From contig OY969763.1 of assembly GCA_963702845.1 (NCBI GenBank), positions 3,744,001 to 3,808,000 on the forward strand: DNA of 64,000 nt. The letters are read 5' to 3'. Source of the stretch: an uncultured Verrucomicrobiae bacterium. GTDB taxonomy: Bacteria; Verrucomicrobiota; Verrucomicrobiia; Limisphaerales; Palsa-1400. A program made the translations under genes and the position numbers. This document shows positions 1 to 12,656 of the stretch, in pieces; position 1 is the first letter of the stretch, and each line of letters opens with the position of its first letter. A model generated the notes under the pieces. The model ran no database searches and was not told the DNA's origin. It was given only the letters and a program-made list of their open reading frames with translations.

Positions 1-2673
1 CGAACACAAATACCGTGCTTACTTTCGCAAGTGAGCACCGAGCGAATCTTGACCTTTTCAACGCCCGCGGCTTCGACCGCCTTGGCTTTGAGTTCGTCAA
101 TCATCTCGGTGGATTTGATGATGATCTTCTTCGTATCAGCGGGATCATGAATGTCGTCGGAAGCAAATCGGCCAACGATACGTTCGCTGAGTTTGACGAC
201 TTCGTCTTCGCCTTCGTAGATGGACTGGACGAGAATGCCGTTGGTCGTGCCGCAGTCTTCCTGACGGATGATGACGTCTTGAGCGACGTCCACGAGTTTA
301 CGGGTCATGTAACCCGAATCAGCAGTCTTGAGCGCCGTGTCAGCGAGACCTTTGCGCGCGCCGTGAGTCGAGATGAAGTATTCCAACACGGTCAGACCTT
401 CGCGGAAGTTCGACAAAATCGGTTTTTCGATAATGTCGCCGGAGGGCTTGGCCATCAAACCGCGGACACCCGCGAGCTGACGGACCTGCTGGCGGTTACC
501 ACGCGCGCCGGAGTCCACCATCAAGGAAACTGGGTTGTATTCCGTTTTGCCTTGGTTGGTTTCCAACGTGCGCAACATGACGTTCGCGATCTGGTCGGTG
601 CAATGCGTCCAGATATCGATGACCTTGTTATAGCGTTCGCCAGGGGTGATGACACCTTTGCGATATTGTTTTTCCACTTCGCGCGATTTGTTTTTGCGCG
701 GTGTGGATTTCCTCGTTCTTTTCCTTCGGGATGATCATGTCATCGATACCGATGGAGCAGCCGGAGTGAGTCGCTTCGCGGAAGCCGAGCTCTTTCAGAC
801 GATCGAGCATGACAACGGTCTTTTCGTGGCCGCAGATTTTGTAGCAGTTCCAAATGAGATCGCCCAATTGGGATTTGCCGACAACCTTGTTCTGGAAGCC
901 CATTTCTTCAGGCCAAATTTCGCTGAAGATAACGCGGCCAACAGTGGTGTCGAGGGCGACGGCATCAGGATTGCCGTAAGTCGTTTTGCGATTTCGGTCG
1001 GGGTTCGCAATTTTCACGCGTTCGTGAATGCGCAACTCACCGTCGTTGTAGGCGAAAATGACTTCGCTCTTGGAACCAAACAGCATCGGCTTGCGTGTTT
1101 CTTTGCGCGCGCGCGGTTCGGCGGTCAGATAATAACAGCCGAGCGTAATATCCTGCGTCGGCGTCATGATCGGCTTGCCGCTGGACGGGCTGAAGATGTT
1201 GTTCGGCGCGAGCATGAGCAGGCGCGCTTCCATCTGCGCTTCCACAGAGAGAGGAACGTGCACGGCCATTTGGTCGCCGTCGAAGTCCGCGTTGTAAGCG
1301 GTGCAAACCAGCGGATGAATACGGATAGCCTCACCTTCGATGAGGATCGGTTCAAACGCCTGGATGGACAAACGGTGGAGCGTCGGGGCGCGGTTGAGCA
1401 ACACTGGATGCCCGCGTGTGACTTCTTCCAGGATGTCCCAAACTTCGGGCGATTGACGCTCGATCATTTTCTTGGCGGAGCGCACGGTATGCACGTAACC
1501 AAGTTCTTTGAGGCGGCGGATGATGAAAGGCTCGAACAGAACGAGCGCCATCTTCTTCGGCAGACCGCATTGATTCAGTTTGAGTTCCGGACCGATGACG
1601 ATGACCGAACGGCCAGAGTAATCGACGCGTTTACCGAGCAAGTTCTGACGGAAACGGCCGCTCTTGCCCTTGAGCATGTCGCTCAAAGATTTCAGCGCGC
1701 GATTGCCGGCGCCGGTGACAGCGCGACCGTGACGACCGTTGTCGAACAAGGCGTCAACAGCTTCCTGCAACATGCGTTTTTCGTTGCGGATAATGACTTC
1801 GGGCGTCTTGAGCTGGAGCAGGTTCTTCAACCGGTTGTTACGGTTGATGACACGGCGATAAAGGTCATTCAAATCCGACGTCGCGAAACGTCCGCCTTCG
1901 AGCGGAACGAGCGGACGCAGGTCAGGAGGAATGACTGGGAGCACCGTGAGAATCATCCATTCCGGACGAGTCTTTGATGAGAGAAACGCGCTGAGCAACT
2001 TGATACGCTTTGCGATCTTTTTGCGGATCTGCTTGCTCTTGGTTTCGGTCATCGCGGTGTTCAGATTATCAATGCCCTTTTGCAGATCGACATTGGCCAA
2101 ACCTTCACGAACAGCTTCAGCACCCATCTTGGCGATGAACGCTTCGGCTCCGTAGGTTTCGCGGGCTTCGCGATATTCGTGCTCGCTCAAAAGCTGATGC
2201 AGCTTGAGCGGAGTCGAACCGGGATCAATCACCATGTAATCCTCGTAATAGATGACGCGCTCGAGATTACGAGCGGTCATGTCAAGAACGAGGCCCAAGC
2301 GTGAAGGCATGCATTTGAAGAACCAGATGTGCGAGGTCGGCACGGCCAATTCGATATGGCCCATGCGTTCGCGACGCACGCGCGCGAGCGTCACTTCAAC
2401 GCCGCAACGATCGCAGACTACGCCGCGATGTTTAATGCGTTTATACTTTCCGCAGGAACATTCCCAGTCCTTCACAGGGCCGAAAATGCGCTCGCAGAAC
2501 AAGCCACCTTTTTCGGGCTTGAACGTGCGGTAGTTGATGGTCTCCGGATTCTTGACTTCGCCTTTGGACCACGCGCGGATCGACTCCGGTGAGGCCACTG
2601 AAATTGCGACGTATTCAACCTGGTTAACTTTATCCAGGCCGAGCAACTCGCGGGCTGTCTCTTTAGTGTTCAT
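1..2673 (-). CDS. rpoC: RNA polymerase beta' subunit, runs off the left edge; one frameshift near 681-685
   Basis: NADFDGD catalytic motif, Zn-finger cysteines, [12 protein letters not shown]. After AQKQIA the RpoC sequence ([24 protein letters not shown]) continues in another frame. ATG at 2673 (TTG 2688 alternative). Confidence 0.97.
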
Positions 2674-2691
2674 ATTTTCGCTAAGCAAATG

Positions 2692-5600
2692 TTATTGGCG
2701 CAATGCCGTTAGTTGGGATTGCTGGTTGGCAGCGGCATCTTCGACGGGGTTGGAGTATCCAACCTTAACGTCCATGCCCAGTGACTGCATTTCTTTGACC
2801 AGCACGTTGAACGATTCAGGCACACCGGCTTCGAGACAGTTGTCACCTTTGACAATGCTCTCGTAGATGCGCGTGCGACCTTGCACGTCGTCCGATTTCA
2901 CAGTGAGCAATTCCTGCAAACTGTAAGCGGCGCCGTAAGCTTCCATCGCCCACACTTCCATTTCGCCGAAGCGCTGACCGCCGTATTGAGCTTTGCCGCC
3001 CAGCGGTTGCTGAGTGACGAGCGAATACGGTCCAACCGCGCGCGCGTGAATCTTGTCAGCCACCAAGTGACCGAGCTTCATCATGTAGATGTAACCAACG
3101 ACGATTTCCTGGTCGAACATTTCGCCGGTACGACCGTCGTAAAGGTGCGTCTTGGCGTGCTCAGGCAAGCCAGCTTGCTTGAGATAACCGCGAATTTCTT
3201 TTTCTTTGATACCGTCGAAGACCGGCGTCGCGAACTTCAAACCGAGCAGCTTGGCCGCCCAGCCGAAGTGCGTTTCCAACACCTGACCGACGTTCATACG
3301 CGAGGGCACGCCCAGCGGATTCAAAACGATGTCCACCGGATTACCATTGGCGAGGAACGGCATGTCTTCTTCAGGAACGATTTTCGCGACAACACCTTTG
3401 TTACCGTGACGTCCGGCCATCTTGTCACCGACTGAGAGCTTACGCTTCGAGGCGACGTAGACTTTGACGGACTTGATCACGCCAGAATCAACTTCTTCGC
3501 CCGCTTCAGCGCGTTCGAGTTCTTCGTCGTGCTGCATCTGCAGGTCGTCGAATTTCTTCTTAAACGTGCCGATGATTTCGTTGATCTTGTTACGGATCGG
3601 CGAAGGATCGATTTCGATGCGGTCGTAAACGTTCGCCAGCTTGCGCAGGAGCGTTTTGGTGATCTTGCGATTTGCCGGGATGATGATTTCGCCGGTTTCA
3701 GAATTAACGACGTCGAGAGGAATCTTTTCGCCGAGGAGGATGTTACTGAGCGCTTCAGTCAACTGCTCTTTCAGTTCTTCGCTCTTGTTCTTGTAATCAT
3801 CGGCGACAGCCTTCGAACCCTTCTTTGCTTCGGGCTCGCGAATTTCGATTTCGCGTTCTTTCTTCGACGAAACTTTGACGTCCATGACGATGCCATAAGT
3901 GCCGGAGGGCACCTTCAGCGAAGTATCTTTAACATCGGCGGCTTTTTCACCGAAGATGGCGCGGAGCAAACGTTCTTCCGGCGCGAGTTCAGTTTCGCTC
4001 TTCGGCGTGATTTTACCGACGAGAATGTCGCCAGGCTTCACTTCAGCGCCGATGCGGATAACACCGTCGGGTCCGAGGTTCTTCAACGCTTCATCACCGA
4101 GGTTCGGGATGTCGCGCGTAATTTCTTCAGGCCCCAGCTTGGTGTCGCGGGCACCGACTTCGAATTCATCGATGTGAATCGAGGTGAACACGTCGTCTTT
4201 AACTATGCGTTCGCTGATGAGAATAGCGTCTTCGAAGTTGTAACCGTTCCACGGCATGAACGCGCAGAGCACGTTGCGTCCGAGAGCAAGTTCTCCGCCC
4301 TGAGTGCAAGGACCGTCAGCAATAGCCTGGCCCTTCTTCACCGTTTCACCCTTTTCAACCAAGATTTTCTGGTTGATGCAAGTGGCGGCGTTCGAACGCA
4401 TGAATTTGCGGATCGGATAAACCCAAACACCGTTACCTGGATCGGTCTTCAGCTTCTTCTTCGTTTCCGGAACCTTGCCGTCTCGAGTGATGATTACCTG
4501 ATTGCCAGTCACAGAAGCAACTTTGCCGGCTTCTTCAGCCACCAGCACCGCACGTGAGTCGCGCGCGACGCGTTCTTCCAAACCAGTCGCGACCAGAGGC
4601 GCTTCGGTGATCAAAAGAGGCACAGCTTGACGTTGCATGTTCGAACCCATCAACGCGCGGTTCGCGTCGTCGTGTTCGAGGAACGGAATCAAACTGGCCG
4701 CGACGGACACCAATTGTTTCGGTGACACGTCCATGAAATCCACGCGCGTCGGCTCGACGTCAATGAAGTCGCCTTTGCAACGGCACGGCACCTTTTCAAC
4801 CAGGAAGTTGCCTTTGTCGTCGATAGGCGCATTCGCTTGCGCGACGATGTACTGCTCTTCGCGATCGGCGGTCAAATATTCGATATGGGTCGTGACACGG
4901 CCCTTCTCGACGCGACGATACGGCGTTTCGAGGAAGCCGAAGTCGTTGACTTGCGCGAACGTCGCGAGGGACGCGATCAAACCGATGTTTGGACCTTCAG
5001 GCGTTTCCACCGGGCAAATACGGCCGTAGTGGGACGGATGAACATCGCGGACTTCGAATCCCGCGCGGTCACGAGACAAACCGCCTGGCCCGAGAGCCGA
5101 CAAGCGGCGCTTATGGGTCAACTCGGCGAGCGGGTTAATCTGATCCATGAACTGCGAAAGCTGGCTGCGGCCAAAGAAATCGCGGATGACGGCTGACAAC
5201 GCTTTCGGGTTGATCAGCTTTTGCGGCGACATGCTTTCCAAGCTTTGATCGAACAGCGTCATACGCTCTTTGACCAAACGCTCAGTGCGGGCCAGACCCA
5301 CGCGGCATTGGTTGGCGAGCAATTCGCCAACGGTACGGATACGGCGTGAACCCAGATGATCGATATCGTCCAGGCTGCCTTCGCCTTTTTTGAGGCGGAG
5401 CAAATATTTCGTTGCGGCAACGAGGTCTTCCTTCGTCAGGATGCGGCTGTCGCCACCTTTGATGCCGAGTTTTTGGTTGATCTTATAACGACCGACACGA
5501 CCGAGGTCATAACGCTTGGCGTCAAAGAACAAACGTTTGATCAACGCGCGAGCATTAGCTGCAGTGGGCGGATCTCCAGGGCGCAAACGACGATAGATGT

Positions 5601-6507
5601 CTTTGAGCGCTTCTTCTTCGTTCTTCGTCGGATCCTTCTTCATGCACTTGATGACGATTCCATCATCAACTGTCGTATCAACAACCTTGATTTTGTTGAC
5701 GCCGAGTTCTGCAATCTGCTTCACGACCGCTTTGGAAAGCGGTTCGAATGCGCGGGCAACGACGATGCCTTTCTCAGCATCAACGGCGTCTTCAATCAAA
5801 ACTTTATTTTGGATGTCTTCGAGCTTCTCGGCTTCTTTGACCGTCAGGTCTTCGATGTCGTAGAACAGCTTGAGGATGTCCGCGTCGGTGCCATAACCGA
5901 GGGCGCGGAAGAACGTCGTCGTCAAAAACTTGCGGCGGCGTTTTTTACGGTCGAGATAAACGTAGAGCAGATCGCTGGTATCAAACTGCGCTTCATACCA
6001 CGAGCCACGATCAGGGATGATGCGGAACGAATGCAGGGTCTTGCCATTCGGATGCTGGGTCGCTTCAAAAGCCAGACCAGGCGAACGATGCAACTGGCTG
6101 ACGATCACGCGCTCGGCGCCGTTGATGACAAACGTGCCTTGCGGCGTCATCAGGGGCAGTTCGCCCATGAACACCTTTTCTTCCTTCGTGCTCTTCTCTT
6201 CCTTGAGCAGGAACGTCACGTGCAGCGGGGCGCCGTAAGTGATGCCTTCCCGCAAGCATTCGAGCCAGTCGTGCTTAGGCTCGCCGATATCGTAGCTGTG
6301 GAAGTCGAGCTTGCACTTGTTGTCATAGCTCTCAATAGGAAACACTTCGGTGAACACCGCCTGAAGCCCCATGTTTTTTCGGGAGCGTGGCGCTATATCT
6401 GTTTGCAGGAATTCCTTATAGGAATTGGTCTGCAGCTCGATTAGGTTCGGTGGAGCGATGACCTCTTTAATTTTTCCAAAGTGAACTCGTTCGTTTGTTC
6501 GTGGCAT
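2692..6507 (-). CDS. rpoB: RNA polymerase beta subunit
   Basis: [34 protein letters not shown] motifs; 1271 aa. Confidence 0.99.
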   Translation of the reverse strand: MPRTNERVHFGKIKEVIAPPNLIELQTNSYKEFLQTDIAPRSRKNMGLQAVFTEVFPIESYDNKCKLDFHSYDIGEPKHDWLECLREGITYGAPLHVTFLLKEEKSTKEEKVFMGELPLMTPQGTFVINGAERVIVSQLHRSPGLAFEATQHPNGKTLHSFRIIPDRGSWYEAQFDTSDLLYVYLDRKKRRRKFLTTTFFRALGYGTDADILKLFYDIEDLTVKEAEKLEDIQNKVLIEDAVDAEKGIVVARAFEPLSKAVVKQIAELGVNKIKVVDTTVDDGIVIKCMKKDPTKNEEEALKDIYRRLRPGDPPTAANARALIKRLFFDAKRYDLGRVGRYKINQKLGIKGGDSRILTKEDLVAATKYLLRLKKGEGSLDDIDHLGSRRIRTVGELLANQCRVGLARTERLVKERMTLFDQSLESMSPQKLINPKALSAVIRDFFGRSQLSQFMDQINPLAELTHKRRLSALGPGGLSRDRAGFEVRDVHPSHYGRICPVETPEGPNIGLIASLATFAQVNDFGFLETPYRRVEKGRVTTHIEYLTADREEQYIVAQANAPIDDKGNFLVEKVPCRCKGDFIDVEPTRVDFMDVSPKQLVSVAASLIPFLEHDDANRALMGSNMQRQAVPLLITEAPLVATGLEERVARDSRAVLVAEEAGKVASVTGNQVIITRDGKVPETKKKLKTDPGNGVWVYPIRKFMRSNAATCINQKILVEKGETVKKGQAIADGPCTQGGELALGRNVLCAFMPWNGYNFEDAILISERIVKDDVFTSIHIDEFEVGARDTKLGPEEITRDIPNLGDEALKNLGPDGVIRIGAEVKPGDILVGKITPKSETELAPEERLLRAIFGEKAADVKDTSLKVPSGTYGIVMDVKVSSKKEREIEIREPEAKKGSKAVADDYKNKSEELKEQLTEALSNILLGEKIPLDVVNSETGEIIIPANRKITKTLLRKLANVYDRIEIDPSPIRNKINEIIGTFKKKFDDLQMQHDEELERAEAGEEVDSGVIKSVKVYVASKRKLSVGDKMAGRHGNKGVVAKIVPEEDMPFLANGNPVDIVLNPLGVPSRMNVGQVLETHFGWAAKLLGLKFATPVFDGIKEKEIRGYLKQAGLPEHAKTHLYDGRTGEMFDQEIVVGYIYMMKLGHLVADKIHARAVGPYSLVTQQPLGGKAQYGGQRFGEMEVWAMEAYGAAYSLQELLTVKSDDVQGRTRIYESIVKGDNCLEAGVPESFNVLVKEMQSLGMDVKVGYSNPVEDAAANQQSQLTALRQ

Positions 6508-6529
6508 GTGGCGACCTTCTCTTAATGTT

Positions 6530-6600
6530 GTCAGTTCTCAGCAGTCAGTGGTCAGTGGTCAGTAGCAAAAACAACTGACAGCTAACGACAGACAACCGAC
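6530..6600. repeat. Degenerate 7-bp tandem repeat arranged as an inverted pair
   Basis: tcagttc/tcagcag/tcagtgg/tcagtgg/tcagtag followed by the complementary arm aactgac/agctaac/gacagac/aaccgac. Confidence 0.7.
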
Positions 6601-6741
6601 ATCTTCTTATTTTCTGTACAAAGCAAAATGCTGCGGCGCGACCCATTCTTTCCAATGAGCCGAGCCGGGCTAAAACACTACGCCTTAAGGCGTAACAATA
6701 TTTCTTTTCGAAATCGTGATGGCTGCTTCTCTTTCGGAGCC

Positions 6742-6774
6742 TATAGGGCGCGCCCTTATCGGGCGCGCCACTAC
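6742..6774 (-). repeat. GTAG-type REP-like palindrome after rplL
   Basis: ggcgcgccc-ttatc-gggcgcgcc stem next to ctac (GTAG on minus strand). Confidence 0.55.
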
Positions 6775-6798
6775 AAAGCTTCGCAATATATAGCCAAT

Positions 6799-7185
6799 TT
6801 ACTTAACTTCAACTTTGGCGCCGGCTTCTTCCAGCTTCTTCTTGGCGGCGTCGGCATCAGCCTTATTCGCACCTTCAAGAACGGGCTTAGGAGCACCTTC
6901 AACCAGAGCTTTCGCATCAGCCAGGCCCAAACCGGCCTTAACTTCGCGGACAACCTTAATGGCGGCGATCTTCTTGTCGGCCGGCACTGACACCAAAATG
7001 ACGTCAAATGCGGTCTTCGCTTCAGCAGCGGGAGCAGCGCCAGCGGCGGGTGCACCAGCGGCGGCGGCGGCGACAGGCGCGGCGGCAGTAACGCCCCACG
7101 CGGTTTCAAGCTGTTTAACCAAATCAGCGGCTTCAATAACCGTCAATTTGCCCAATTGATCTACTAAACCTGCGATATCTGCCAT
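6799..7185 (-). CDS. rplL: 50S ribosomal protein L7/L12
   Basis: Ala-rich hinge, [26 protein letters not shown] 7185 preceded by AAAGG. Confidence 0.98.
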   Translation of the reverse strand: MADIAGLVDQLGKLTVIEAADLVKQLETAWGVTAAAPVAAAAAGAPAAGAAPAAEAKTAFDVILVSVPADKKIAAIKVVREVKAGLGLADAKALVEGAPKPVLEGANKADADAAKKKLEEAGAKVEVK

Positions 7186-7199
7186 AATTACCTTTCGTC

Positions 7200-7253
7200 T
7201 CGTCGCCATCCGCAGCCGCGGATAATTTGAGCAGCAAGCCTGCTGACCGACGA
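7200..7253 (-). promoter_or_regulatory. Candidate structured RNA leader of rplL
   Basis: Enclosing stem tcgtcg/cgacga with two internal hairpins, both looped by GGCU, just 5' of the RBS. Confidence 0.4.
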
Positions 7254-7352
7254 TTTACTTTATTCTAGTTTGTTTTTATTTGCCCCCCGCACATCGCGGC
7301 CCAAATTGTTTTCGTGTGCCGCCGGCTTAGAAACCGGCGATACGAACAAGCC

Positions 7353-7877
7353 TTAAGCTGCCGGAGCCGCTTCGCCCTTTTCAGCCTTGGCTCTGATCAC
7401 CTGCGCCAACTGGGTCGCAGGCGTGTTGATAATCGTCGCGAGCTTCGTCGCCGGGGCCAGGAGCACACCGAGCAACTTCGAACGCAGAACTTCCAACGAA
7501 GGCAAGTCGGCGAGTTCCAAAATGGAAGCGCCTTCGAGCCGTTGATTGTTCAAAAATCCAAATTGGATTTTCGGACGATCGAATTCCTTGCTGAAAGTCT
7601 TAACGACTTTCGCTGCCGACGAAACGTCACGGGAACCGGTCACCACAGCCAATTGGCCGCTGAGCGCACCGATATCGCCCGCGCCGGCTTCTTTGACGGC
7701 GATCTTGAAGATCGAGTTCTTCACCACGTGCATTTCCGCACCCGCCTTGTTCAGGCGCTTGCGCAATTCAGTGATGGGTCCAACCTTCAGGCCTTTGTAA
7801 TCTACGACAATGAAGAACGGGGAACCGTTCAGTCGTTTCAAATATTCTTCGCTAATCGCTTGTTTTTCCGCGCGCAT
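7353..7877 (-). CDS. rplJ: 50S ribosomal protein L10
   Basis: VDYKGL, VVKNSI, LADLPS motifs; operon position. Confidence 0.97.
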   Translation of the reverse strand: MRAEKQAISEEYLKRLNGSPFFIVVDYKGLKVGPITELRKRLNKAGAEMHVVKNSIFKIAVKEAGAGDIGALSGQLAVVTGSRDVSSAAKVVKTFSKEFDRPKIQFGFLNNQRLEGASILELADLPSLEVLRSKLLGVLLAPATKLATIINTPATQLAQVIRAKAEKGEAAPAA

Positions 7878-7912
7878 AAAAAATTTGTAAGTTGTAAGTT
7901 GTAATTCCCTCG

Positions 7913-8626
7913 TTATGCCGCCGCGAGAAACTCGCGCACATCCACACGCACGCCGGGACTCATCGTCGCCGAAATGGTGCAGCTTTCAATGAATTGGCCC
8001 TTGGCGCTCGATGGCTTCGACTTGGCCACCGCGTCGATGACGGCGCGCGCGTTTTCTTCAATTTGGCTGGGGCCAAACGATGCTTTGCCCACTGGCACAT
8101 GCACGTTGCCGCCCTTGTCCACCTTGAATTCGACACGGCCTGCTTTGACTTCCTTCACTGCGCGAGCAGTGTCTTCGGTCACGGTGCCGGTCTTCGGATT
8201 CGGCATCAAGCCGCGCGGTCCGAGAACCTTACCGAGTTTACGCACTTCGATCATCGCGTCAGGCGTTGCGATTGCGACGTCAAAATCAGTCCAACCTTCG
8301 ACGCACTTCTTAATCATGTCGTCGAATCCGACGTATTCAGCGCCGGCGCCGCGAGCAGCATCAGCCGAAGCGCCTGGACGTGCGAACACGAGCACTTTGA
8401 CCGTCTTACCGGAGCCGTGAGGCAGCGGGACAGTGCCGCGCACCATTTGGTCGGATTGCTTGGGATCAACTCCCAGCTTGAATGCCAAATCAATGGATTC
8501 ATTGAATTTGGCCTTCGGAAATTTGGTGAGAACGTCAACGGCTGACTTCAAGGGATAAGATTTCTTCTTATCTACCAGTTCCAGCCCCTTGCGGTATCTT
8601 TTGCTTGGCAATTTTTTATTCGACAT
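7913..8626 (-). CDS. rplA: 50S ribosomal protein L1
   Basis: LGPRGLMPNPKTGTVT, VRGTVPLPHGSG. Confidence 0.99.
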   Translation of the reverse strand: MSNKKLPSKRYRKGLELVDKKKSYPLKSAVDVLTKFPKAKFNESIDLAFKLGVDPKQSDQMVRGTVPLPHGSGKTVKVLVFARPGASADAARGAGAEYVGFDDMIKKCVEGWTDFDVAIATPDAMIEVRKLGKVLGPRGLMPNPKTGTVTEDTARAVKEVKAGRVEFKVDKGGNVHVPVGKASFGPSQIEENARAVIDAVAKSKPSSAKGQFIESCTISATMSPGVRVDVREFLAAA

Positions 8627-8634
8627 ATGTCTTA

Positions 8635-8664
8635 GCGGTTCAAACGAGTTTTTAGCTCTCCCGC
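8635..8664 (-). promoter_or_regulatory. Putative L1-binding autoregulatory site upstream of rplA
   Basis: Minus strand GCGG-GAG-agctaaaaactc-gtttgaa-CCGC resembles the GGGAG asymmetric-loop L1 site; 8 nt before the ATG. Confidence 0.55.
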
Positions 8665-8734
8665 GCGTTTTGTCTGCCAGCTCTCATATTTCAGTGCTGC
8701 ACACTGAAACCTGAACACCAGCAAACGTTATTAT

Positions 8735-9160
8735 TTATTCCTGAACCTCAATGCCCATGCTGCGGGCCGTCCCCGCAACAATCCGGAACCCCGCCTCTTC
8801 AGAGGTGGCGTTCAAATCTTTCATCTTCAGCTTCACGATATCGAGCACCTGCTTGCGCGTGACCTTGCCGACTTTTTCTTTGTTCGGCACTTTGGATCCG
8901 CTGGCGATACCGGCTGCTTTCTTGAGCAAAATCGAAGCCGGTGGCGACTTGGTGATGAACGTAAAAGACTTATCCTGGTAAACAGTGATAACAACGGGAA
9001 TCACCATTCCAGCCTGGTCTTTGGTCGCTGCGTTAAATTCTTTGCAGAACGCCATGATGTTCACGCCCTGCTGACCGAGCGCGGGGCCGACCGGCGGTGC
9101 CGGGTTGGCCTGTCCGGCCGGAATCTGCAACTTAATCTGTCCTGTAATCTTCTTTGCCAT
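8735..9160 (-). CDS. rplK: 50S ribosomal protein L11
   Basis: [31 protein letters not shown] 9160. Confidence 0.99.
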   Translation of the reverse strand: MAKKITGQIKLQIPAGQANPAPPVGPALGQQGVNIMAFCKEFNAATKDQAGMVIPVVITVYQDKSFTFITKSPPASILLKKAAGIASGSKVPNKEKVGKVTRKQVLDIVKLKMKDLNATSEEAGFRIVAGTARSMGIEVQE

Positions 9161-9167
9161 ACAAAAT

Positions 9168-9238
9168 TTGTCAGTGGTTCGTTGTCTATCGTCCGTGGTC
9201 AGCAAGAGGCATCTGACAACCGACTATGACAACTGACC
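9168..9238. repeat. Degenerate 7-bp inverted tandem repeat, same class as 6530-6600
   Basis: tgtcagtggttcgttgtc...gtggtcag and ctgacaaccgactatgacaactgac arms. Confidence 0.6.
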
Positions 9239-9241
9239 TGT

Positions 9242-9793
9242 TTATGCTTTTTCAACTTGCCAATACTCCAGTTCAACTGGCGTATTGCGTCCAAAAATAT
9301 TTACCGTGACTTTCAGCTTGCCGCGGTCCGGTTCGATTTCCTCAATCACGCCGCTGAAATTCAAGAACGGACCATCGTTGATCTTCACCGTTTCGCCAAC
9401 TTCGAAGTTGACCTTCGGTTTCTCGGTATCTTCTGAGTCCGAAATCGTCGATTTAATCGTCGCCATTTCGTCTTCCGTCACCGGAATTGGACGATCCCCG
9501 CCAACGATGCCGATTTTTCCAGGCGTATCCTGGATGAAATACCACGGCTTTTCTAAAATTCTTTTATTTTCATCCACTAGAACCATGTCGATATAGACAT
9601 AGCCGGGATGAAGCTTGCGCGTCGTCACGGTCTTTTTACCGCCACGAACATCGACTACCTTTTCCACAGGAACGAGAACTTCTTTGATGAACTCCGTCAT
9701 CTCTTCGGTCTTCAACCGCTTCTCGATGTTGTCTTTGACCTTCTGCTCCTGGCCGGACAAAGTATGGATTACAAACCACTGGCTTTTAGGCAT
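9242..9793 (-). CDS. nusG: Transcription termination/antitermination factor NusG
   Basis: WFVIHTLSGQE, PGYV, KOW motif DGPFLNFSG, IFGRNTPVEL; ATG 9793. Confidence 0.98.
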   Translation of the reverse strand: MPKSQWFVIHTLSGQEQKVKDNIEKRLKTEEMTEFIKEVLVPVEKVVDVRGGKKTVTTRKLHPGYVYIDMVLVDENKRILEKPWYFIQDTPGKIGIVGGDRPIPVTEDEMATIKSTISDSEDTEKPKVNFEVGETVKINDGPFLNFSGVIEEIEPDRGKLKVTVNIFGRNTPVELEYWQVEKA

Positions 9794-9803
9794 CGCAATG
9801 TCC

Positions 9804-10061
9804 TCAAACGATTGCCTGAACGATCCAGGCAACCACAAAATCAATTCCCACGGTGAATGCTCCGAGCAGCACAATGGCTACCAGCACCACGATGGTTGAG
9901 CCTTTCAGCTCATTCCACGAGGGCCAGGTGCACTTCCGCAATTCTTCTTCAGTTTCTCTGAAAAAGCCCGAAACGCGCAAAAACGCTCCACGCCGCACAA
10001 GCAACGCGAAGACGATGGTGGCAATGACCACCGCGATAATAATCGGCAACAATTCTTTCAT
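9804..10061 (-). CDS. secE: Preprotein translocase subunit SecE
   Basis: ELRKCTWPSWNEL motif followed by a TM helix; upstream of nusG. Confidence 0.93.
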   Translation of the reverse strand: MKELLPIIIAVVIATIVFALLVRRGAFLRVSGFFRETEEELRKCTWPSWNELKGSTIVVLVAIVLLGAFTVGIDFVVAWIVQAIV

Positions 10062-10094
10062 GTTTTCCTAACTTATCTCTCACCACTTCCGCAA

Positions 10095-10184
10095 TGGCGG
10101 AGGGGGAGGGATTCGAACCCCCGGTGCGGTTTCCCGCACAGCGGTTTTCAAGACCGCCGCAATAGACCACTCTGCCACCCCTCC
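10095..10184 (-). tRNA. tRNA-Ser(TGA)
   Basis: Cloverleaf with long variable arm, anticodon loop CTTGAAA, GGTTCGAATCC, 3' CCA. Confidence 0.96.
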
Positions 10185-10217
10185 ACTCAAACTTCAACTC
10201 TCATTTTCAAACAAGAG

Positions 10218-10293
10218 TGGCACGGCGGGAGGGACTTGAACCCCCAACCGACGGTTTTGGAGACCGCTACTCTACCAATTGAGCTACCGCCGT
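10218..10293 (-). tRNA. tRNA-Trp(CCA)
   Basis: 76 nt, anticodon loop CTCCAAA, GGTTCAAGTCC, 3' CCA. Confidence 0.97.
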
Positions 10294-10407
10294 TGCCTGT
10301 AGCGTCCCAGTTTCGAGATCGTATCGCAGATTTATCCTGCGAACCGCCGTCTCACCAGGTTCGGAGCGCAAGAGGGAGCCGCATTGAGCGACTCCCTCTG
10401 TGAAAAA

Positions 10408-11598
<1,191 letters not shown>

Positions 11599-11724
11599 TG
11601 CTGACTCCTACTTTTATTTGTTTTAGTTTCTTCTTGTTAACAATTGTTTGTTTCGCGCATCGGCCTCAGCCGCCGCGATGTTCTCATCTAATTCGCTCCG
11701 CATTCCGCCTCTCACTCCCGAAAA

Positions 11725-11800
11725 TGGAGCCCATGATCAGGATTGAACTGATGACCTCGTCCTTACCAAGGACGTGCTCTACCAACTGAGCTACATGGGC
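11725..11800 (-). tRNA. tRNA-Thr(GGT)
   Basis: 76 nt, anticodon loop TTGGTAA, 3' CCA. Confidence 0.97.
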
Positions 11801-11968
11801 AAAGCCAAAAATCTTTGCGTGTCCTGATCTGCAACTCGTCCCTCAAATTGCACCAAATTTTGCCGTCCTAATATAACGACGACAAAAAAACCAACACCCC
11901 CGACTCTTTCAATAAGAAAAAGCTTCGGGGCTGCTGATTTATAGCCATTTACCCGATAACTGGCACAG

Positions 11969-11997
11969 AAACTAAGTTCGGCCCCTACAACTGTCAA
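11969..11997 (-). promoter_or_regulatory. Putative sigma70 promoter of the tRNA-Thr-tuf operon
   Basis: Minus strand TTGACA-17 bp-TAGTTT. Confidence 0.5.
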
Positions 11998-12059
11998 CGC
12001 TTTTTTTCCGGAATTTTGGTGATGCAACGCTCTCCAAGCCCTCAAAATCGCGCCCCAAT

Positions 12060-12551
12060 CTATATCGTTGCCAACCCAGCGATGTAATTCGGACGTATGC
12101 GGGCAGTTATTTCCTTTGCATTCACATGAACACCACCCGCCAGCAGGATAAACGCACTCACCCATAAAAAATAGCCACTGCCAAAACCTTGGTCGTCGTG
12201 CAGGAATACGTCCACCGACGCCACATATAAGACCAGCACAACAGTCGTGATTCGAAGCCACAACATCGGATTCTGTTTACGCCATGAATAAATCCACAAA
12301 ACGGGCGAGATAACCATGATCAGGTTCGCGACAGTAAAGAAACCGTAATAGACCCACCCACCTAGACGAGGCAGCAGTCCATCTCCACTTGAGTCTTGCA
12401 GTGGCCGAATGAAAATCTCCGCGCACATCTGCGCCGCACCCCATCCTGAAGTTATAGCGAAAAGACCCTTCGTTACCGGCAGAAAAAGCGAAACCACAAA
12501 CGCAAGCCAAGCCGCTGCAAGAAACCAAACCGAAACGCGGGGCAACCTCAT
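12060..12551 (-). CDS. Hypothetical membrane protein (about 4 TM)
   Basis: ATG-started 163 aa ORF with alternating hydrophobic segments and GYFLW motif. Confidence 0.7.
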   Translation of the reverse strand: MRLPRVSVWFLAAAWLAFVVSLFLPVTKGLFAITSGWGAAQMCAEIFIRPLQDSSGDGLLPRLGGWVYYGFFTVANLIMVISPVLWIYSWRKQNPMLWLRITTVVLVLYVASVDVFLHDDQGFGSGYFLWVSAFILLAGGVHVNAKEITARIRPNYIAGLATI

Positions 12552-12656
12552 ACAATCGGTTTACGCCTGACCGAGTCGACTTGCAATTGCATAGTAATTG
12601 CCGTCGTAAATTACAAAAGAGGTTGGGTTTGGGGTTCGCTAGAACCATAGTGAAGT

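Noticed and set aside
628..2688. Naturally split rpoC (cyanobacterial rpoC1/rpoC2 type)
   Set aside because: Break is a single-base frame change with no new start; other genes show similar indels
12060..12575. Possible second integron cassette around the membrane-protein gene
   Set aside because: Only weak core-like sequences (ggtcaggc, ccgaat); no complementary GTTRRRY/RYYYAAC pair
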